Below, one piece after another: positions 57,019-60,204 of a stretch of DNA of 60,204 nt (its first letter is position 1; the number at the start of each line of letters is the position of its first letter). The notes beneath the pieces were generated by a model. The model searched no databases and was not told the DNA's origin. It saw only the letters and a list, made by a program, of their open reading frames with translations. The stretch covers positions 1-60,204 of the forward strand of contig JBDZWC010000001.1 of the NCBI GenBank assembly GCA_040256005.1, given 5' to 3'. A program made the translations under genes and the position numbers. The stretch comes from Deinococcaceae bacterium (GTDB taxonomy: Bacteria; Deinococcota; Deinococci; Deinococcales; Trueperaceae).

Positions 57019-57511
57019 GCGGACCGGCTGCGGCCTGCGCATGGTGTCGATGCCGCCATAACGATATGGCGTTTCACCGGGACGCTCCGACTCCGGTGGC
57101 CGAGGCGGACCTGTGATGTAGAGATCGGACCCGCTGTGGAGTCCCGGAGCTGCGGGAGAGCCGACTACTCACCGCCAAGCCTCCTCATTGGCCCTGCGCG
57201 GGAGGTTCGCGGGCCAGCGAAGGCGACGAGGGAGGTCGGCTGCGGGCGCTGCCGCGCCGACGTGCTGACGTTGGCCCTTCCCCACCGGAGCCGGTCCCGA
57301 GGTACACGCTCGTTCGCGGCCTACCGGATGTAGCGCCGACACAGAGCGTCCGATCCTGCGACGCAATAGCGTTATGGCGCTCACCAGCGCCCCGGTCCTC
57401 GGGAACGCGGAGCCGCGGCCGGGCGTCGCGTACGGCTCCGGAGGGCGCGGGTAGAATCACGAGCGTGACACCTCCAGCCGAGACCACACCACTTGTCGAT
57501 GGCGGGTGTGG

Positions 57512-58300
57512 ATGCGGGTCCTGACGTTCTTCAACCATGCCGGTGGCGTGGCGAAGACGAGCACGGTAAGGGACGTCGGCTACGTCCTCGGCGAGCGCGG
57601 CTATCGCGTCCTGTTGATCGACGTAGACCCTCAAGCGAACCTGACGCGGTGGTTGGGCGTGGAGGACGTCGACCTCGCCGATACGATCTATCCCGGCGTC
57701 ATGAGCGCGGCTGAGGACGAGGACGTGGACGATCAGGAACTGGTACTGCCCAGGCCGCGCACCGTTCACGGCATGGACTTGATACCCAGTCAACTGAACG
57801 TGGCGATCCTGGAGCGGGAGATCCTGAGCGTGTTCATGGGCGTCGTGCGGCTACGGGAAGCCGTCAGGAAGCTCGAGGGCTACGACTTCGTCCTGATAGA
57901 TCCGCCGCCGAGCCTGGGTCAGTTGTCGGCGTTGGCGGTCGTGGCGGCTGATGGAGTGGTAGTGCCGCTACCGACGAACAGGAAGGGCCTCGACGGGCTC
58001 GCGACCGTGATCAAGATGGTGCGGGAGTACCGGAAGGCGGCGCCCAGACTCGACCTAGAGTTCTTCGTGCTCACGCAACACGACCGGCGGACCCGCCACG
58101 ACCGGGAGAGCCTCGACGCGATCGGGCGGCAACTCGTCAGCATCGCGCCGGTCTCCACGCCGCTGGGTAGCCGGCCGGCGTACTACTCGGACGCGCAAGT
58201 AGCGGGGGTGCCCGTACCGGTGTACGCTCCCGGGAGCGATGCGGACATGGAGATCAGGACCGTCACGGACGAGCTTCTCGAGGCGCTGGGGAACGGCTGA
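57512..58300 (+). CDS. parA: ParA-family partition ATPase with an atypical deviant Walker A
   Basis: MRVLTFFNHAGGVAKTSTV...LLIDVDPQANLT...VLIDPPPSL. ATG 57512 (GTG 57506 also in frame). The TGA shares one base with the parB ATG. Confidence 0.85.
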   Translation: MRVLTFFNHAGGVAKTSTVRDVGYVLGERGYRVLLIDVDPQANLTRWLGVEDVDLADTIYPGVMSAAEDEDVDDQELVLPRPRTVHGMDLIPSQLNVAILEREILSVFMGVVRLREAVRKLEGYDFVLIDPPPSLGQLSALAVVAADGVVVPLPTNRKGLDGLATVIKMVREYRKAAPRLDLEFFVLTQHDRRTRHDRESLDAIGRQLVSIAPVSTPLGSRPAYYSDAQVAGVPVPVYAPGSDADMEIRTVTDELLEALGNG

Positions 58301-59247
58301 TGGCTAAGAAGCGGGGATCCGTCGACAGGTCCGCGGTGTTCGAGGCCATCCTCGGCGGGTTGACCGAAGAGGAGGCCGTCGAGAGCGGGACGACCTTGCC
58401 GCTGCGCGCCATCAGGTTCAACGACCGCCAGCCGCGCAAGCACATCAGCGAGGATGGCTTGGAGGAGCTGGCCGCGAGCATCAAGGACAGAGGCGTGCTG
58501 GAGCCCGTGATCGTGAGGCGCGTCGGGGGCGGGTTCGAGTTGGTTGCGGGCGAGAGGCGCACGCGGGCGGCTGCGCTGGCGGGGCTGGAGGAGATCCCCG
58601 CGATCATCGTCGACATAGATGACCGCGAGGCGCTCGAGATCGCGATCATCGAGAACCTGCAACGGGAGGACCTGAACGCGGTAGAGGAGACAGAGGCCGT
58701 GTTGGGGCTGCTCGAGATGGAGCTCGATGCGGGTCGGCGCGAGGTCACCCAGGTCCTCCAGGCGCTGTACAACGAGGAGCGCGGACGTATCACGGGCCGG
58801 AAGGTGAGCGACGGTGAGCGCAAGAGCGTGCAGGCGCTGTTCAAGCGGTTGGGCCGCTTCAGTATCAGTTCCTTCGTGAGCAACAGGCTGCCTATCCTCG
58901 AGTTCCCCGAGAGCTTGCTGGCAGCCGTTCGCGAGGGGAGACTGGCGTTCACGAAGGCACAGGCGATCGCCCGGGTGGCCGATGCGGACGACAGGGAGCG
59001 CCTGCTCAGTGTGGCGGTGAGCGAGGATCTGTCCCTTAGTCAGATACGCCGCCGGATCACCGAGCTGAGGGCCGGGCGTGCGGCGCTGGCGCAGCGGGGA
59101 GCGGCGAGCCACCTGGATGCTACGCACCGATTGGTGTCCAACACGAAGCGGCTTTTGAACAGGCGACGCTTGGTCGCGCTCGCGCCCGAGAAGCTAACGC
59201 GGGTGAACGAGCTGCTCGAAGCGTTGCGGGCTGAGCTGGAAGAGTGA
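58300..59247 (+). CDS. parB: ParB/Spo0J-family partition protein
   Basis: ParB N-terminal box I/II with an arginine patch (PVIVRRVGGGFELVAGERRTRAA), HTH region, and C-terminal dimerisation helix. Confidence 0.9.
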   Translation: MAKKRGSVDRSAVFEAILGGLTEEEAVESGTTLPLRAIRFNDRQPRKHISEDGLEELAASIKDRGVLEPVIVRRVGGGFELVAGERRTRAAALAGLEEIPAIIVDIDDREALEIAIIENLQREDLNAVEETEAVLGLLEMELDAGRREVTQVLQALYNEERGRITGRKVSDGERKSVQALFKRLGRFSISSFVSNRLPILEFPESLLAAVREGRLAFTKAQAIARVADADDRERLLSVAVSEDLSLSQIRRRITELRAGRAALAQRGAASHLDATHRLVSNTKRLLNRRRLVALAPEKLTRVNELLEALRAELEE

Positions 59248-59325
59248 GGCCGCGGCGCTACGGGAGGCGGCAGCGGCGGTGGCTATGGTGGCCGTATCTG
59301 CGCGCAGCGCAGCCTGGAGGGCTAG

Positions 59326-59805
59326 ATGCTGGACGTCGGAACCGCGGCACCTGATTTCGACCTCGAAGACCAGGCAGGGCGGGTACATAAGCTCAGCGAG
59401 CAGCGGGGGAGATGGGTCGTGCTGTACTTCTACCCGAAGGACGATACGGCCGGCTGCACCAAGGAAGCGTGCTCGTTCCGGGACGGTCTACCGGCGTTCG
59501 CCGGCTTGGACGCGGTCGTACTGGGGGTCTCCGCGGACGACGTCGGAAGCCACAACGCGTTCGCTGGAAAGTACGGTCTCAACTTCCCCCTGCTAGCCGA
59601 CGTCGACAGACGGGTCATCGACGCGTACCAAGCCTGGGGAGAGAAGGAGCGGGACGGCGAGCGCTACGAGGGCATCTTGCGGATCACCTACCTGATCGAT
59701 CCCAGTGGCCGGATCGCCCAGACGTGGACCGTAGTGGATCCCGAGTCGCATGCAGCAGAGGTACGAGAAGCGTTGGAGCTCCACGTGGGCAGGGTGTCGG
59801 CCTGA
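59326..59805 (+). CDS. bcp: thiol peroxidase / peroxiredoxin Bcp
   Basis: APDFDLEDQAGRVHKLSEQRGRWVVLYFYPKDDTAGCTKEACSFRD contains the peroxidatic and resolving Cys in CTKEAC. Confidence 0.9.
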   Translation: MLDVGTAAPDFDLEDQAGRVHKLSEQRGRWVVLYFYPKDDTAGCTKEACSFRDGLPAFAGLDAVVLGVSADDVGSHNAFAGKYGLNFPLLADVDRRVIDAYQAWGEKERDGERYEGILRITYLIDPSGRIAQTWTVVDPESHAAEVREALELHVGRVSA

Positions 59806-59816
59806 GAGCACGCTAG

Positions 59817-60204
59817 CGGGAGACCGAGGGTACTCGGGCCCGGCGAGCGTTCGCGAGCCCAGGCGCGCGTCCAGGTAGGGTCATCGCGCGGCGCTTGCGG
59901 TGCGCGACCGGGCGCAAGTGGGGAAGATGGGGAACCGAACGTCAACGGGGCACGAGGGGGAAGGCTGCGGTACTCGTGGAGCGGTTCTAGCGAGACCGCC
60001 GCCGGGGAACCCGGGGTACCGACAGCGAAGGGGGAACGCAGCGGTACTCACGTGAGCGGTGTGCCAGCCGGCGCGGTCGTGAAAGGGGAGACCGGCGGTA
60101 CTCGCGCCGAGGCCATCTTGGGCCTAGTGGGGAACTAAGGGTACCGGGCGGGTACCGGGCGCCGCGCCGGGGTACGCCGGGCGGTGAGGTTCGAGTGTTC
60201 CCGG
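59817..60204. repeat. second, dispersed cluster of the same iteron family in inverted orientation (truncated by the window end)
   Basis: Copies at 59817-59835, 59920-59936, 59956-59975, 60003-60020, 60030-60049, 60084-60103 and 60129-60145 read GGGGA(A/G)-N4-6-GGTAC(T/C)C on the plus strand. Extra GGTAC(C) half-sites sit at 60151-60156 and 60171-60175. Confidence 0.8.

Noticed and set aside
57499-57514. DnaA-box-like ATCCACA (7 of 9 positions of TTATCCACA, minus strand) at the parA start; a weaker CTCCACA near 57130-57140.
   Set aside because: There is a single imperfect copy with no cluster, and it overlaps the parA start codon. The origin is explained by Rep iterons.
56717-57793. ORFs inside the origin gap: 56717..56998 (-), 56764..57333 (+), 57169..57384 (-), 57185..57793 (-).
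   Set aside because: They have no SD and no motifs, their composition is Arg/Ala/Gly-rich, they overlap each other and the iteron copies, and 57185..57793 is antisense to parA. A small regulatory gene or RNA here cannot be excluded but is not supported.

Overview
The window is very GC-rich bacterial DNA, roughly two-thirds G+C by eye. I call about 50 protein genes. I saw no rRNA, tRNA, CRISPR array or transposase.

The main result is at the right end (54.9-60.2 kb), which is a plasmid-type replication and partition locus:
- a Rep_3-like initiator gene on the minus strand;
- a 1.07-kb non-coding gap holding six 22-bp-phased iterons, an inverted half-iteron palindrome and an AT-richer stretch;
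- parA-parB and bcp on the plus strand;
- a second, dispersed cluster of the same iteron family in the opposite orientation, running into the window edge.

The initiator gene is followed, with almost no spacers, by an SRAP/YedK gene, a small membrane ORF, ligA, a PolX-PHP gene and a cytochrome c gene. I consider this initiator-linked gap-repair operon the most unusual thing here.

The window is also dense in DNA-transaction genes: a RarA-methyltransferase fusion, an SplB-like radical SAM gene, an orphan HerA/FtsK-like ATPase, polA, dinB coupled to a DEDDh exonuclease, a second DEDDh exonuclease, and HU. It also carries nominally core genes (lepB, ftsH, surE). That pattern suggests a chromid or secondary chromosome rather than a dispensable plasmid.

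The remaining genes are:
- a sugar ABC operon with a HAD hydrolase and convergent nagB;
- an Fe(III)-type ABC operon;
- an MFS transporter;
- a GGDEF(degenerate)-EAL protein;
- regulator/effector pairs (HxlR-YceI, TetR, MarR-FtsH, oxidoreductase-Crp);
- a GH65 phosphorylase fused to beta-phosphoglucomutase, sitting behind a tyrosine recombinase.

An accessory-looking stretch at 43-49.6 kb contains:
- an extremely acidic Trp-periodic protein;
- an AT-rich island with a palindrome;
- a GntR regulator;
- a 598-aa protein whose N-terminus reads like a B3/EcoRII-N-type DNA-binding barrel.

All functional calls come from motif reading of the supplied translations; no database search was possible. 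The lineage cannot be determined from this window. Many long ORFs in the six-frame track are antisense shadows typical of high-GC DNA, and I rejected them.
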